64,000 nucleotides of DNA, taken from Candidatus Latescibacterota bacterium. GTDB taxonomy: Bacteria; Latescibacterota; CBDEFO01. Of this stretch, positions 20,624 through 30,295 are shown one piece after another (the first letter of the stretch is position 1; each line of letters begins with the position of its first letter). Under the pieces are notes generated by a model. It had not been told where the DNA came from. It searched no databases and was given only the letters and a program-made list of their open reading frames with translations. The translations under genes were made by a program, and so were the position numbers. The stretch is from assembly GCA_965237525.1 (NCBI GenBank), contig CBDEFO010000007.1:768001-832000 (forward strand), read 5' to 3'.

Positions 20624-21031
20624 CTACTTCCTCTTTCTTCCAGATATTTTGAACCATAATCCCTTACTCCTCCTGTCTTCCTCCAATCTGTTCTGCAACT
20701 TTTCTACTTTATCTTCTAATTTCTCTTTTGCTGACTTATATTCCCACAAAAGCTCCTCTGTGGCTTTCAACTTGCCAATCTGTCTTAAGATTCCTTCATA
20801 ATGCTCTCTATCTACTATTACATTTTTCTCCAGAAGATTGCTAATATCTCCTATTATTTCTATATTGTTTCTAATTCTTGAACTAGATATCTTCCTAATA
20901 CTTTCTATATCTATTATCCATCTTCCATTGACCTTACTAGCATCTAATATCCTATTTGCTATATAGTTATAGATTGTCTTTGTGGACATTTGGAGTGCTA
21001 CACTTGCGTCCTTAATACTATAACCATCCAT
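20624..21031 (-). CDS. HTH (excisionase/MerR-like) plus coiled-coil protein
   Basis: YSIKDAS..L..S.KTIYNYI...NGRW; heptad-rich middle; basic/aromatic C-terminal tail. Confidence 0.7.
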   Translation of the reverse strand: MDGYSIKDASVALQMSTKTIYNYIANRILDASKVNGRWIIDIESIRKISSSRIRNNIEIIGDISNLLEKNVIVDREHYEGILRQIGKLKATEELLWEYKSAKEKLEDKVEKLQNRLEEDRRSKGLWFKISGRKRK

Positions 21032-21172
21032 TGGAAGTCCTTCTAAAATAGTTCTATTATATTAAATGATCAAGTTTATCGTAGACTTGATAGGGATCTT
21101 GCAAAATTAAATTAACAACCCAAAAAAATGCTCACATGGGGATGTAAACGTCTGAAGTCAGAGACAGACTCA

Positions 21173-23650
21173 CTACACCACAATATTCACAAGTTTCGAT
21201 CGCGCCTGTTGAACCACAATAATCCTACGTACTTCACCCTTACCTATATGACGCTGGACATTAGCATCTACAAGGGCCAGTTCCTTCAATTCTTCGTCAG
21301 AAATGTCGGGAGTAACCAGAAACCTGCCTCGCACTTTTCCATTCACCTGCACAGCGGTGGTAACCTTATCTGCCTTTGCGAGTTCAGGATCGTAGTTGGG
21401 CCACTCTAGATCCATGATGCTGCCTTCGTGGCCGGTCATTGACCACAACTCTTGAGCTATATGTGGAGCAAATGGAAAAAGGAGGATAAGGAAGGCATCC
21501 CGGCTCTCTTTATCCAGTTTCCCATTGCCTGCGTCCGGAGAATAGACGTAATTTACAAACTCCATAAATCTACTGATGGTAGTGTTCAGCTTGAAGGCTT
21601 CAAGGCCTTGTGTTACCTGTTCTATTAGAGCATGCTGCCTCTTGAGCATGGAATCAGAAGGGTTCTCATGGTTATCCAGATTTGAAACTACCAGGTGCCA
21701 TACTCTACTCAAAAAGCGAAAGGTGCCCTCTATTCCCCTATCGTTCCATTCAGAATCCTGGTCAGGTGGACCAATGAAGAGCTCGTATAATCTAAGGGAA
21801 TCAGAGCCGTACTTTTCAACTAGTTCATCTGGGCCCACCACATTTCTCCTGGATTTGCTCATCTTGTCTCCCAGCCTATAGACCATTCCGTTATTAAAAA
21901 GATGGGTAAATGGCTCATCGAAGCCTATGTGTCCTAAATCGTACAAGACTTTCGTAAAAAACCTGGCGTAGAGCAGATGAAGTATGGCGTGTTCCACCCC
22001 GCCGATATACATATCTACCGGAAGCCACCTGTCTGCAATCTCTCTATCAAAAGGAGCTTTATCCTCATTCGGACTTGTGTACCTCAAAAAATACCAGCAA
22101 CTCCCAGCCCACTGAGGCATGGTGTCTGTATCTCGTTTTGCCTCTCCGCCGCACTCTGGACAAAAAGTATTAACAAATTCCGGTATGGCAGCCAAGGGTG
22201 ACTTCCCCGTACCTGACGGCTCGTATTTCTCTACGTCAGGAAGGAGCACAGGAAGGTCTTCCTCCGGCAGCGGTACCTCACCGCACCTTTCACAATATAC
22301 TATTGGAATCGGCTCTCCCCAATAACGTTGTCTTGAGAAGACCCAGTCTCTCATTCTGTAGTTGACGGCTTCTTGGCCGAGACCCTGCCCTCTGATCCAC
22401 GCTGTTATACTATCCCTGCCTTTTTGCCCTTCCAGTCCATCAAACATCCCGGAGTTCACCATAATCCCCTCCGCCACGAAGGCCTCAGTAAGTTTTCCCT
22501 GATCGTCTTTAGTGCTCTGTTTGCTGTGTATCACTTCCACAATTGGAAGGTTGAACTTGGCTGCGAACTCAAAATCTCTTTGATCGTGGGCAGGGACAGC
22601 CATAATGGCTCCCGTCCCGTAAGACATAAGCACGTAATCGGAGATCCAAATCGGTATCTTCTGTCCATTAACGGGATTTAGAGCGTACGATCCCGTAAAG
22701 ACACCCGTCTTCTCGTCTGAGGCCGCCGTGCGGTCAATCTCAGAGGTCTTGCACGCCTTCTCCACGTACTCGGATATCTCCTCTTTACGATCATCCGTTG
22801 ATAGTACTGACACTAAGGGTTGCTCTGGCGCCAGTACCATATACGTAGCTCCAAACAAGGTGTCGGGCCTCGTAGTAAACACGGGAATTTGATGCTCCGA
22901 ACCATCCGGAGCAAGACCCTTGAATATCACACGGGCTCCCTGGCTGCGACCGATCCAGTTGGCCTGCATGACCTTCACCTTTTCGGGCCACTTTAGCCTT
23001 TCCATATCGTACAGAAGGCGATCTGCGTACGCAGTTATTTTGAGCATCCATTGTTCCATATCCCTCTTTTCCACTTCACTTCCACACCTCTCACAGCGCC
23101 CCCCTACCGCCTCCTCATTGGCCAATCCGGTCTTACAGCTTGGACACCAATTGATAGGAGCCGTAGCTTTATACGCCAATCCCTTTTTGTACATCTGAAG
23201 GAATATCCACTGGGTCCATTTATAATACTCAGGCGAACTGGTGTTTATCTCCAGATCCCAGTCGTACATCGTACCCATCTCTTCAAGCTGACGCTTCATA
23301 TTGCCGATATTTTTGGCTGTGCTCTTCTTTGGATGAATTCCTCTTGATATAGCGTCATTCTCCGCCGGAAGACCGAAAGAATCCCATCCTACCGGGTGAA
23401 GGACGTTATAACCACAAAGAGCCTTATACCTGCTCCACACATCGGATATTACATATGGTCTCCAATGGCCCACATGCAGAGCGCTCCCCGAGGGATAAGG
23501 AAACATATCCAGGCAATAGTAGTTCTTATCCTCGGAATCCAGATTGGTCTTATATCTCCCTGTCTCCTTCCATATCCTGTGCCACTTTGGTTCTATCTCT
23601 CTAAAATTGTAAGGGATTCTCTCCCCAATTTTTCTCGTTGCCCCATTCAT
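21173..23650 (-). CDS. leuS: Leucine--tRNA ligase
   Basis: MFPYPSG..LHVGH, FTTRPDT, SRQRYWG and KMSKS motifs. Confidence 0.98.
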   Translation of the reverse strand: MNGATRKIGERIPYNFREIEPKWHRIWKETGRYKTNLDSEDKNYYCLDMFPYPSGSALHVGHWRPYVISDVWSRYKALCGYNVLHPVGWDSFGLPAENDAISRGIHPKKSTAKNIGNMKRQLEEMGTMYDWDLEINTSSPEYYKWTQWIFLQMYKKGLAYKATAPINWCPSCKTGLANEEAVGGRCERCGSEVEKRDMEQWMLKITAYADRLLYDMERLKWPEKVKVMQANWIGRSQGARVIFKGLAPDGSEHQIPVFTTRPDTLFGATYMVLAPEQPLVSVLSTDDRKEEISEYVEKACKTSEIDRTAASDEKTGVFTGSYALNPVNGQKIPIWISDYVLMSYGTGAIMAVPAHDQRDFEFAAKFNLPIVEVIHSKQSTKDDQGKLTEAFVAEGIMVNSGMFDGLEGQKGRDSITAWIRGQGLGQEAVNYRMRDWVFSRQRYWGEPIPIVYCERCGEVPLPEEDLPVLLPDVEKYEPSGTGKSPLAAIPEFVNTFCPECGGEAKRDTDTMPQWAGSCWYFLRYTSPNEDKAPFDREIADRWLPVDMYIGGVEHAILHLLYARFFTKVLYDLGHIGFDEPFTHLFNNGMVYRLGDKMSKSRRNVVGPDELVEKYGSDSLRLYELFIGPPDQDSEWNDRGIEGTFRFLSRVWHLVVSNLDNHENPSDSMLKRQHALIEQVTQGLEAFKLNTTISRFMEFVNYVYSPDAGNGKLDKESRDAFLILLFPFAPHIAQELWSMTGHEGSIMDLEWPNYDPELAKADKVTTAVQVNGKVRGRFLVTPDISDEELKELALVDANVQRHIGKGEVRRIIVVQQARSKLVNIVV

Positions 23651-23745
23651 CTTTCTATAATCATCCTCCGTACAAGCTACTTAGTTCCAAGTCTGCAATA
23701 CTTTCGCCAATACGCTGCGATCTCAGATTCTGCTGAAAAACATTA

Positions 23746-23781
23746 AAAAAGACTACCGGAAATTGCGATCCGATAGCCTTT
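23746..23781 (-). terminator. Probable intrinsic terminator after pnp
   Basis: Imperfect hairpin AAAAGACTACCGGA..TCCGATAGCCTTTT with A/T tails. Confidence 0.5.
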
Positions 23782-23801
23782 TAATGCTGCAATTAGAACG
23801 C

Positions 23802-25961
23802 TTAGTTTGACGGCTTTGTAGGCTGCCTTCCTTGATACCAGCGGGGTTTATCGGATCTCCCGTCACCGCTCCCTGTGTCCTTCCTGTCCATAGTTGCTTT
23901 TCTACTCAGCTTGATCTTCCCCTGACCATCTATTCCTATTACCTTGACTGTGACGTTGTCTCCCAGGTTGAGGACATCTTCTACCTTATCCACTCTGTGG
24001 TGCTCCAGCTCAGATATGTGCACCAACCCATCCTTTCCCGGAATTATCTCCACAAAAGCACCAAAATCCATAATCCTTTTGACTTTGCCATCATATACCT
24101 TGCCGACCTCTGCCTCCTCGACCAATTTCTCCACCATCTGCACTGCCTTTTCTCCCATCGCTTTATCCACAGAGGCTATAACTACTCTTCCATCGTCTTC
24201 AACGGTTATCTTAGCCCCTGTAACTTCCTCCATCTCTCGTATAGTACTCCCTTTTGGTCCTATTATGATCCCTATCTGAGATGGTTTTATGTCTACTGTC
24301 GAGATCAGCGGAGCGTAAGGCGACAGATCGGGACGAGCTTGTGAGAGGCTTGCATCCATAATATCGAGTACCTTATGAAGGTCCTGCCCTGCCCTTTCCA
24401 ATGCCTCCTGCACAATATCAAAGCTTATGCCTTCTATCTTGATATCCATCTGTATGGCTGTGATCCCGTCCCTAGTTCCTGCCACTTTCAAATCCATGTC
24501 TCCCCAGTGATCTTCAGCTCCCATAATGTCAGAAAGAATGCAGGCTCTGTCCCCCTCCTTTATCGAACCGATCCCTACACCTGCCACAGCTCCCCTCACA
24601 GGCACTCCCGCATCCATAAGAGACAAGCTTCCCGCACATACAGTAGCCATAGACGACGAACTGTTCGACTCTAAAATCTCTGAAACTACCCTTATAGTAT
24701 AAATGAAATCTTCCTGAGGCGGTATCATAGGCTCGATCGACTTCTCAGCCAAGGCCCCGTGCCCTATGTCCCTCCTGCTGGGTCCCAGTATCCGCTTAAC
24801 TTCTCCAGTGCAGAATGGCGGGAAGTTGTAATCGAGCATATACCTTTTAAACGATTTTCCCTCTAAATCATCCACCATGCGTTCATCCATCTTCGTGCCC
24901 AGTGTCGTCACAGCCAGACTCTGAGTCTGACCCCTTGTAAAGAGGGCAGATCCGTGAACCCTTGGTAGGACGCCTACTTCGCAGGTTATGGGTCTTATCT
25001 CATCAGAGGCCCTCCCATCAATTCTCTTGCCATCAGATATGACCATCTGTCTCATATCCGCCCTTTCAATTTCCTCAAGGACCTCAGCTATCTCTTTTTC
25101 CTTTTCGGGGAATCTCTCGGACAACTTCTCCATAACATCAGTCTCTAGCTGTCCCAGCGCCGCACTCCTGTCTTCTTTATCAACGCCTCTATTAGCTTCC
25201 TTGATCCTGATTGCAGCAAGTTCCTCAACAGCGTCTTTAAGACCTGGGATCTCATCCTTTGGCCGAATCTCTCTCTTTGGGACGTTGGGCGCCGCTGCTA
25301 TAAGCCTTTCTTGGAGTTCTATAATCTCCTTTATGGCCTCGTGCCCGAACTTCAGGGCCTCCAACATGTCCTTATCAGAAATTTCCAGCGCAGAACCTTC
25401 CACACTCATAATGGTATCCTTTTTGCCCCCGACTACCAGATCTATGTCGCTGTCGTCCAGCTGAGACAGCGTCGGATTGATTATGAGTTGGCCGTCCACT
25501 CTTCCGACTCTGACTGCTCCGCTGGGACCCATAAACGGTATACCAGATATACATAGAGCTGCAGAAGCCCCTATCATTCCCAATACATCCGCCTCGTTTT
25601 CCTTATCGAAGGACAGAACCATTACTATAATTTGAGTTTCACATTTGAACTCCCCCGGAAAAAGCGGGCGTATCTGATGGTCTATTTGTCTGGCGCTTAG
25701 TATCTCGTGGTCCAGAGGGCGCGCTTCTCTCCTTCCTATATTGCCCGGTATCATACCCGTCGAATACTTCTTCTCTCTGTACTCCACCTGAAGAGGAAAA
25801 AAGTCCTTTTCCAGCTCTTCTTCTTTAGAAGCCACGGCGGTAGCCAATATTACAGTGTCTCCGTATCCTACTATCACAGCTCCATCGGCCTGTTTAGCCA
25901 CTCTCCCGGTCTCTATATATAGATTTCGCCCGCCCAGCGTCATCTCCACCTTTTCTATCAT
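23802..25961 (-). CDS. pnp: Polyribonucleotide nucleotidyltransferase
   Basis: Two RNase PH domains (HGSALFTRGQTQ, GDMDLKVAG) plus KH and S1 domains. Confidence 0.98.
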   Translation of the reverse strand: MIEKVEMTLGGRNLYIETGRVAKQADGAVIVGYGDTVILATAVASKEEELEKDFFPLQVEYREKKYSTGMIPGNIGRREARPLDHEILSARQIDHQIRPLFPGEFKCETQIIVMVLSFDKENEADVLGMIGASAALCISGIPFMGPSGAVRVGRVDGQLIINPTLSQLDDSDIDLVVGGKKDTIMSVEGSALEISDKDMLEALKFGHEAIKEIIELQERLIAAAPNVPKREIRPKDEIPGLKDAVEELAAIRIKEANRGVDKEDRSAALGQLETDVMEKLSERFPEKEKEIAEVLEEIERADMRQMVISDGKRIDGRASDEIRPITCEVGVLPRVHGSALFTRGQTQSLAVTTLGTKMDERMVDDLEGKSFKRYMLDYNFPPFCTGEVKRILGPSRRDIGHGALAEKSIEPMIPPQEDFIYTIRVVSEILESNSSSSMATVCAGSLSLMDAGVPVRGAVAGVGIGSIKEGDRACILSDIMGAEDHWGDMDLKVAGTRDGITAIQMDIKIEGISFDIVQEALERAGQDLHKVLDIMDASLSQARPDLSPYAPLISTVDIKPSQIGIIIGPKGSTIREMEEVTGAKITVEDDGRVVIASVDKAMGEKAVQMVEKLVEEAEVGKVYDGKVKRIMDFGAFVEIIPGKDGLVHISELEHHRVDKVEDVLNLGDNVTVKVIGIDGQGKIKLSRKATMDRKDTGSGDGRSDKPRWYQGRQPTKPSN

Positions 25962-26015
25962 TATTCTTACCTCCCTTAAAGCCTTACTTTTGGAGTCGAT
26001 TCTTTCTATCTTCGC

Positions 26016-26285
26016 TTATCGCCGCAGCCCTAACTCCTTAATTAGATCCCTGTATCTGCCCACCTCTTTCTTATCTAGATACCTCAGCAATCTCCTTCTT
26101 TTGCCCACCATCTTTAGTAGACCTAAACGCGAGTGATGGTCTTTCTTGTGGGTCTGCAGGTGCTCCGTCATATATGCTATCCTATCTGTCAGCAAGGCAA
26201 TCTGCACCTCAGGCGAACCTGTATCGCCTTCGCCTCTTCCGAATTTTCTTACCAGCTTCTCTTTTCTCTCACCGGTTAATGCCAA
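26016..26285 (-). CDS. rpsO: 30S ribosomal protein S15
   Basis: [13 protein letters not shown] and KKDHHSR motifs; TTG start after AAGGAGG. Confidence 0.98.
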   Translation of the reverse strand: MALTGERKEKLVRKFGRGEGDTGSPEVQIALLTDRIAYMTEHLQTHKKDHHSRLGLLKMVGKRRRLLRYLDKKEVGRYRDLIKELGLRR

Positions 26286-26315
26286 AGCTGTACCTCCTTA
26301 TTTGACAAGTAGACA

Positions 26316-27629
26316 TTAGGGGTTATTTATCAAATGAAATCGGTGCACTTCTCTTTCGATCTTTGATTGATCTTGAATGATAGGTTTTCGACAATCTTTG
26401 GTTTCTGTTCTTTTTCAAAATGGATGTATAATTGTTCTTCTTTTAGGTTCCATTCAGCCAGGACAAAGTAGTTGGTGTAAGAGGAGGGAAGAGATACTTT
26501 CTCATTTAGGACATCGATAAAGGCTTTATCTGTCTGTTCTGTGTCCTGTTTGACTTGTCTGATAAAATAGGTCTTGGGAATGAAATCTTTCTCGTTTGAC
26601 TTCTCTTGCTTAGGTGGACGGTAGCCGGTGTATCTCTGTGATGAAAGATTAAACCATTCTAACTTCTGATCAACTTCTTGTAAGCTTTTGAACTGAATTC
26701 TGTTCCAGAACTTCCTTGAAAATACAGAATTGTTGCCTTCTATAGATGCTTGAGAAAAGGGCCTTCTGGGAACGGCAAATATCGGAATCACTTGATTTTT
26801 CAAGAGAAACTGCATTGCTTTGCTGACATTCCTTTCACCTGAAACACTGCCAATAGTCGCCGAGCAATTGTCCACCTTAACGAAATCTGGTTTTTCAAAC
26901 CTGTCAAAGAAAGACTGACACTTCTCGATAAAGTTAGTTGCTGTTTGACCGTCAACCCGCCGAAAATACCTTAACTTAGGCTCTTTCTTAAAGGAAAATC
27001 CAACGAAGTTGACCGGCTCAGTTCTGCCGGTAAGATACTTTTTACCAATAAAGTCTGATTCTAGGACTCTGCCTCCTAAAAGATAGTAAATGGTATACTC
27101 TGGATAACAAAGATAACGAGATGCACCCTTGTTTTTACCTTTCTTCCTTCTCTGGGAAAGTCCTAAATCTGAAAGCATTCTGCCGATAGTCGGCAACGAC
27201 GGAGGAGGGGTGCTAGAATATCGATTCCTCCATTCTTGTTCAATAACAGTGGCTCCTGAATAGAACTGATAAGGATCGTCCTCTAAGCTATGGTAAATCT
27301 CTTTGATTCTCTGTTCGTCAACTTTAGCCAATTTTTGCCTTTTTCCTTTTGGCCAACCCCGATTATCCATGGCAAAATCCTGATCCGGAGATTTAGTCCA
27401 AGCTGTAACGAAATCATTGGAAACTCTCGCTTGTTTGATAACTTCTCGCTTTGACATTTCTTTCTTAAAATACATCTCGTTGACTTCTTGTCTTAATACG
27501 GCCAATCTCTCTTTGTCCATAGGACTCCGTAGATTAAAGTTAAGACAATCAACTCAACTTAATCTACTAATACTCTAAACAAAGATCAAATTAGGTGCAC
27601 CGATTTTATTTGATATTCAACCACTAGTC
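26316..27629 (-). mobile_element. Insertion sequence with a DDE (rve/IS481-like, unclassified) transposase
   Basis: Imperfect ~28-bp inverted repeats (GGTTATTTATCAAATGAAATCGGTGCAC 26321-26348 and 27595-27622); flanking 8-bp direct repeat AGTAGACA (26308-26315, 27630-27637); AT-richer than neighbours. Confidence 0.8.
26330..27520 (-). CDS. Putative transposase (HTH plus RNase H-like DDE core)
   Basis: N-terminal HTH, PPSLPTIGRML and acidic triad candidates ESDF / VDN / IEGNN. Confidence 0.78.
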   Translation of the reverse strand: MDKERLAVLRQEVNEMYFKKEMSKREVIKQARVSNDFVTAWTKSPDQDFAMDNRGWPKGKRQKLAKVDEQRIKEIYHSLEDDPYQFYSGATVIEQEWRNRYSSTPPPSLPTIGRMLSDLGLSQRRKKGKNKGASRYLCYPEYTIYYLLGGRVLESDFIGKKYLTGRTEPVNFVGFSFKKEPKLRYFRRVDGQTATNFIEKCQSFFDRFEKPDFVKVDNCSATIGSVSGERNVSKAMQFLLKNQVIPIFAVPRRPFSQASIEGNNSVFSRKFWNRIQFKSLQEVDQKLEWFNLSSQRYTGYRPPKQEKSNEKDFIPKTYFIRQVKQDTEQTDKAFIDVLNEKVSLPSSYTNYFVLAEWNLKEEQLYIHFEKEQKPKIVENLSFKINQRSKEKCTDFI

Positions 27630-28589
27630 AGTAGACAGGAAATCCCTGCCTCTCCACTGGTCTACATTTAGAATCTCCTCTCCTTTTTCTTTATCTTTTT
27701 CGATCTGCTTTGCAAGTTGATCTGCCGAACCGAATTTCATCTCATCTCTTATCTTTTCCAGAACCTCCACTTTCAATGTCCGGCCATAAAGATCGCTTTC
27801 AAATCCGATAATATGTACCTCCACCACGTGTTCCTTACCTCCGAAACTCGGTCTGTATCCTACATTCATCACTCCCTTATATCGGCGGCCCGACACTTCC
27901 GTCCAAACCGCGTAGACGCCGTCCGGAGGAATTAGCTTCCAAGGATCACCTATACGTATATTGGCTGTTGGAAATCCCAATTGTTTGCCCCTGCTCTCAC
28001 CTTTAACCACTTCTCCGCTAAAACTGTAGTTGCGCCCCAAAAAATTAGCGGCTAACCTCATATTTCCCGATGAGATTAGCTTTCGAATCCTTGTGCTGCT
28101 TATCCTGTCACCATCTACTATTTGGGGGGGGACGACCTCTACCTCAAACCCTAATTCCTGGCCTAACTGTTCCAGCATATCTATATCGCCTGATCTTCCC
28201 CTTCCGAATCCGTGATCATGACCGATAATGAATCTACCCACACCTAATCTGCTCAACAGTATCCTTTCTACAAAGTCCTTCGGACTAAGAAGAGAGAAAT
28301 CTCGAGTAAAGGAAAGGATCACGAAAGTATGTATGCCGATCTTTTCTATAATTTCGAGTTTTTCCTCCTTCGTAGTCAGAATGGGCGAGGCCGTCTTGGG
28401 ATTCAGGACAGTCTGAGGATGCGGTTCAAAAGAAAGCGCTATACTTTCCCTCTTCAACTCTTGTGCCCTCGTCTGCACGGTGGACAGTACGGACATGTGG
28501 CCCCTGTGAACACCATCAAACGTCCCGACTGTCACTACAGGCCGCGACAACTTGTGGCAAAATTCCTCTATATCTTCAATTATTTTCAT
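27624..28589 (-). CDS. ribF: Bifunctional riboflavin kinase/FAD synthetase
   Basis: GTFDGVHRGH, ISSTRIR, GFPTAN and GVYAV motifs. Confidence 0.97.
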   Translation of the reverse strand: MKIIEDIEEFCHKLSRPVVTVGTFDGVHRGHMSVLSTVQTRAQELKRESIALSFEPHPQTVLNPKTASPILTTKEEKLEIIEKIGIHTFVILSFTRDFSLLSPKDFVERILLSRLGVGRFIIGHDHGFGRGRSGDIDMLEQLGQELGFEVEVVPPQIVDGDRISSTRIRKLISSGNMRLAANFLGRNYSFSGEVVKGESRGKQLGFPTANIRIGDPWKLIPPDGVYAVWTEVSGRRYKGVMNVGYRPSFGGKEHVVEVHIIGFESDLYGRTLKVEVLEKIRDEMKFGSADQLAKQIEKDKEKGEEILNVDQWRGRDFLSTD

Positions 28590-28592
28590 CTA

Positions 28593-29534
28593 CTACGCCC
28601 TTAACGCTGGGCCTAATACTGATTCCTCCCTTCGGCTGTAGAGAACCTTAATCGGTTTGAGAGAGTCCGAATCTCTATCGAAAGCGCCTATTCCGATAAG
28701 TTTTCCACGCCTATCTTCCACTCTTATTCTTTCCAGATTCGTATTTTTCTGCGAATATGTCACGGGAACTCCATTGCAGAAGCGGAAGACATCTTCCACT
28801 GCAAGCGTCAGGACCGGCATATGCTGTAAGGCTCCGCTTATACTTATGATCCGCTCTCCAATCCTACCTTTCTTTGCGTATTCCTCGATCTGTTCCATCC
28901 TCATTGCGTCCTTTAAGTGGAAGGGGCCTGACCTGATCCTCTTTAAAGATGCTACGTAGGCGCCAGTTCCCAATTCTTCGCCTATATCGTTTACAAGCGA
29001 CCTTATGTAAGTCCCCCTAGAACATACAACATTCAAGGTCAAATGTGGTGGTTCGTAGCTCTCGGTGTGGATCGAATCGATCCTGACTCTCCTTACTTGT
29101 GCTTCTACCTTTTCTCCTCTCCTTGCCGACTTGTAGAGCCTTTCACCCTTCACCTTAAGGGCCGAAAATGCGGGAGGAACCTGCTCTATATCACCCTTGA
29201 ATTTCCTACAAACTTTTTCTATATCCTGCAAGTCCACCCGTATATGCTGAATACTATCTATTATCTTGCCCTCTGAGTCAAACGTGTCAGTGGATTTGCC
29301 TATCACAGCGACTACTGAGTATTCCTTATTTTCCTCCGGGAGAAACTGGATTATCTTAGTGGCTTTTCCGAGGCATACAACCAAAACGCCGGTAGCTATA
29401 GGGTCTAAAGTTCCCGTGTGTCCTACCTTCCTGATTTTAAAGATATCCCTTATCTGATCTACGACGTCGTGCGAAGTTGGACCGGCCATTTTGTGTACTA
29501 TTAATATTCCATCAATGCTTTCCTCCAAAATCAT
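28593..29534 (-). CDS. truB: tRNA pseudouridine(55) synthase
   Basis: KVGHTGTLDP, QVPPAFSA and GTYIRSL motifs. Confidence 0.97.
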   Translation of the reverse strand: MILEESIDGILIVHKMAGPTSHDVVDQIRDIFKIRKVGHTGTLDPIATGVLVVCLGKATKIIQFLPEENKEYSVVAVIGKSTDTFDSEGKIIDSIQHIRVDLQDIEKVCRKFKGDIEQVPPAFSALKVKGERLYKSARRGEKVEAQVRRVRIDSIHTESYEPPHLTLNVVCSRGTYIRSLVNDIGEELGTGAYVASLKRIRSGPFHLKDAMRMEQIEEYAKKGRIGERIISISGALQHMPVLTLAVEDVFRFCNGVPVTYSQKNTNLERIRVEDRRGKLIGIGAFDRDSDSLKPIKVLYSRREESVLGPALRA

Positions 29535-29550
29535 ATCTCCCGCAAAAATG

Positions 29551-29661
29551 GTAGACAGCAGCCCTTAGCTGGAATACAGGGCTGACTCCTAAGCGGCCAA
29601 TTGTGAACGGCAAGCAACACCCATTAACAGTGCGGGAACGGATGCTCTGGCTACCGTCTAC
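29551..29661 (-). promoter_or_regulatory. Candidate structured RNA between rbfA and truB
   Basis: 13-bp closing helix GTAGACGGTAGCC/GGCTGCTGTCTAC (2 G-U pairs) with a competing internal hairpin CAGCCCT/AGGGCTG, just upstream of the truB RBS. Confidence 0.45.
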
Positions 29662-29670
29662 TGAATTTTG

Positions 29671-30006
29671 TCATATCTCTCTCAGAATCTTATCTATCCT
29701 TGTCCCGCTTTCTATTGAGATGTCATGATGGAACGTAAGTTCCGGAACGTGCCTTAGCCTTATCCTCCCGCCCAGTTCTGCCCTGATAAAGCCCGATGCC
29801 TTTTTCAATATGCTCAGATGCTCATCTATATCCTTGCCGTCCATGAGGCTTATATAGATCTTAGCCTGACTCAGATCGTTCGAGACCTTGACATCTGTCA
29901 CAGTTATGAACCCTATTCTCGGGTCCTTCAACTTGTTGAGTATTATATCGCTAAGTTCTCTCAAAAGAGCAGCGTTAATAGTGTCACGTCTGTAATTCAC
30001 TTTCAC
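29671..30006 (-). CDS. rbfA: Ribosome-binding factor A
   Basis: KDPRIGFITVT.V.VS.DL..AK and LRHVPELTF motifs. Confidence 0.96.
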   Translation of the reverse strand: MKVNYRRDTINAALLRELSDIILNKLKDPRIGFITVTDVKVSNDLSQAKIYISLMDGKDIDEHLSILKKASGFIRAELGGRIRLRHVPELTFHHDISIESGTRIDKILREI

Positions 30007-30293
30007 TTCACCTCAAAGTTATAATCTAAAAACTCCACCTGGGTCTCCCTTTCAATATCCCTTATCACCTTGGAGAGGACCTCGTTCGCATTGTTAGTCT
30101 CGTTAGCTGCCACAGCAAAGCCTACAACAGATCTTTGCCAGAGATCGTGCCCATCCATCGCGGCAACAGTTATGTTAAACTTGTTTCTAAGTCTAGTTGT
30201 CAGACTCTTCAGAAGATGTCTTTTAGTTTTGCGCGAGCTGCTCTCCGGGAAAAATATATCTGCTGTGCACGAAACTATTGTCATGGATCCCAA
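30003..30293 (-). CDS. DUF503 (YlxP-like) protein
   Basis: S.K.KR..LKSL..RLRNKFN...DLWQR; usual position between infB and rbfA. Confidence 0.88.
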   Translation of the reverse strand: MGSMTIVSCTADIFFPESSSRKTKRHLLKSLTTRLRNKFNITVAAMDGHDLWQRSVVGFAVAANETNNANEVLSKVIRDIERETQVEFLDYNFEVK

Positions 30294-30295
30294 GC

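Noticed and set aside
29551..29661. SRP RNA, 6S RNA, tRNA or attC identity for the rbfA-truB element
   Set aside because: Lacks the SRP GGAA loop motif, tRNA arms and attC RYYYAAC/GTTRRRY ends
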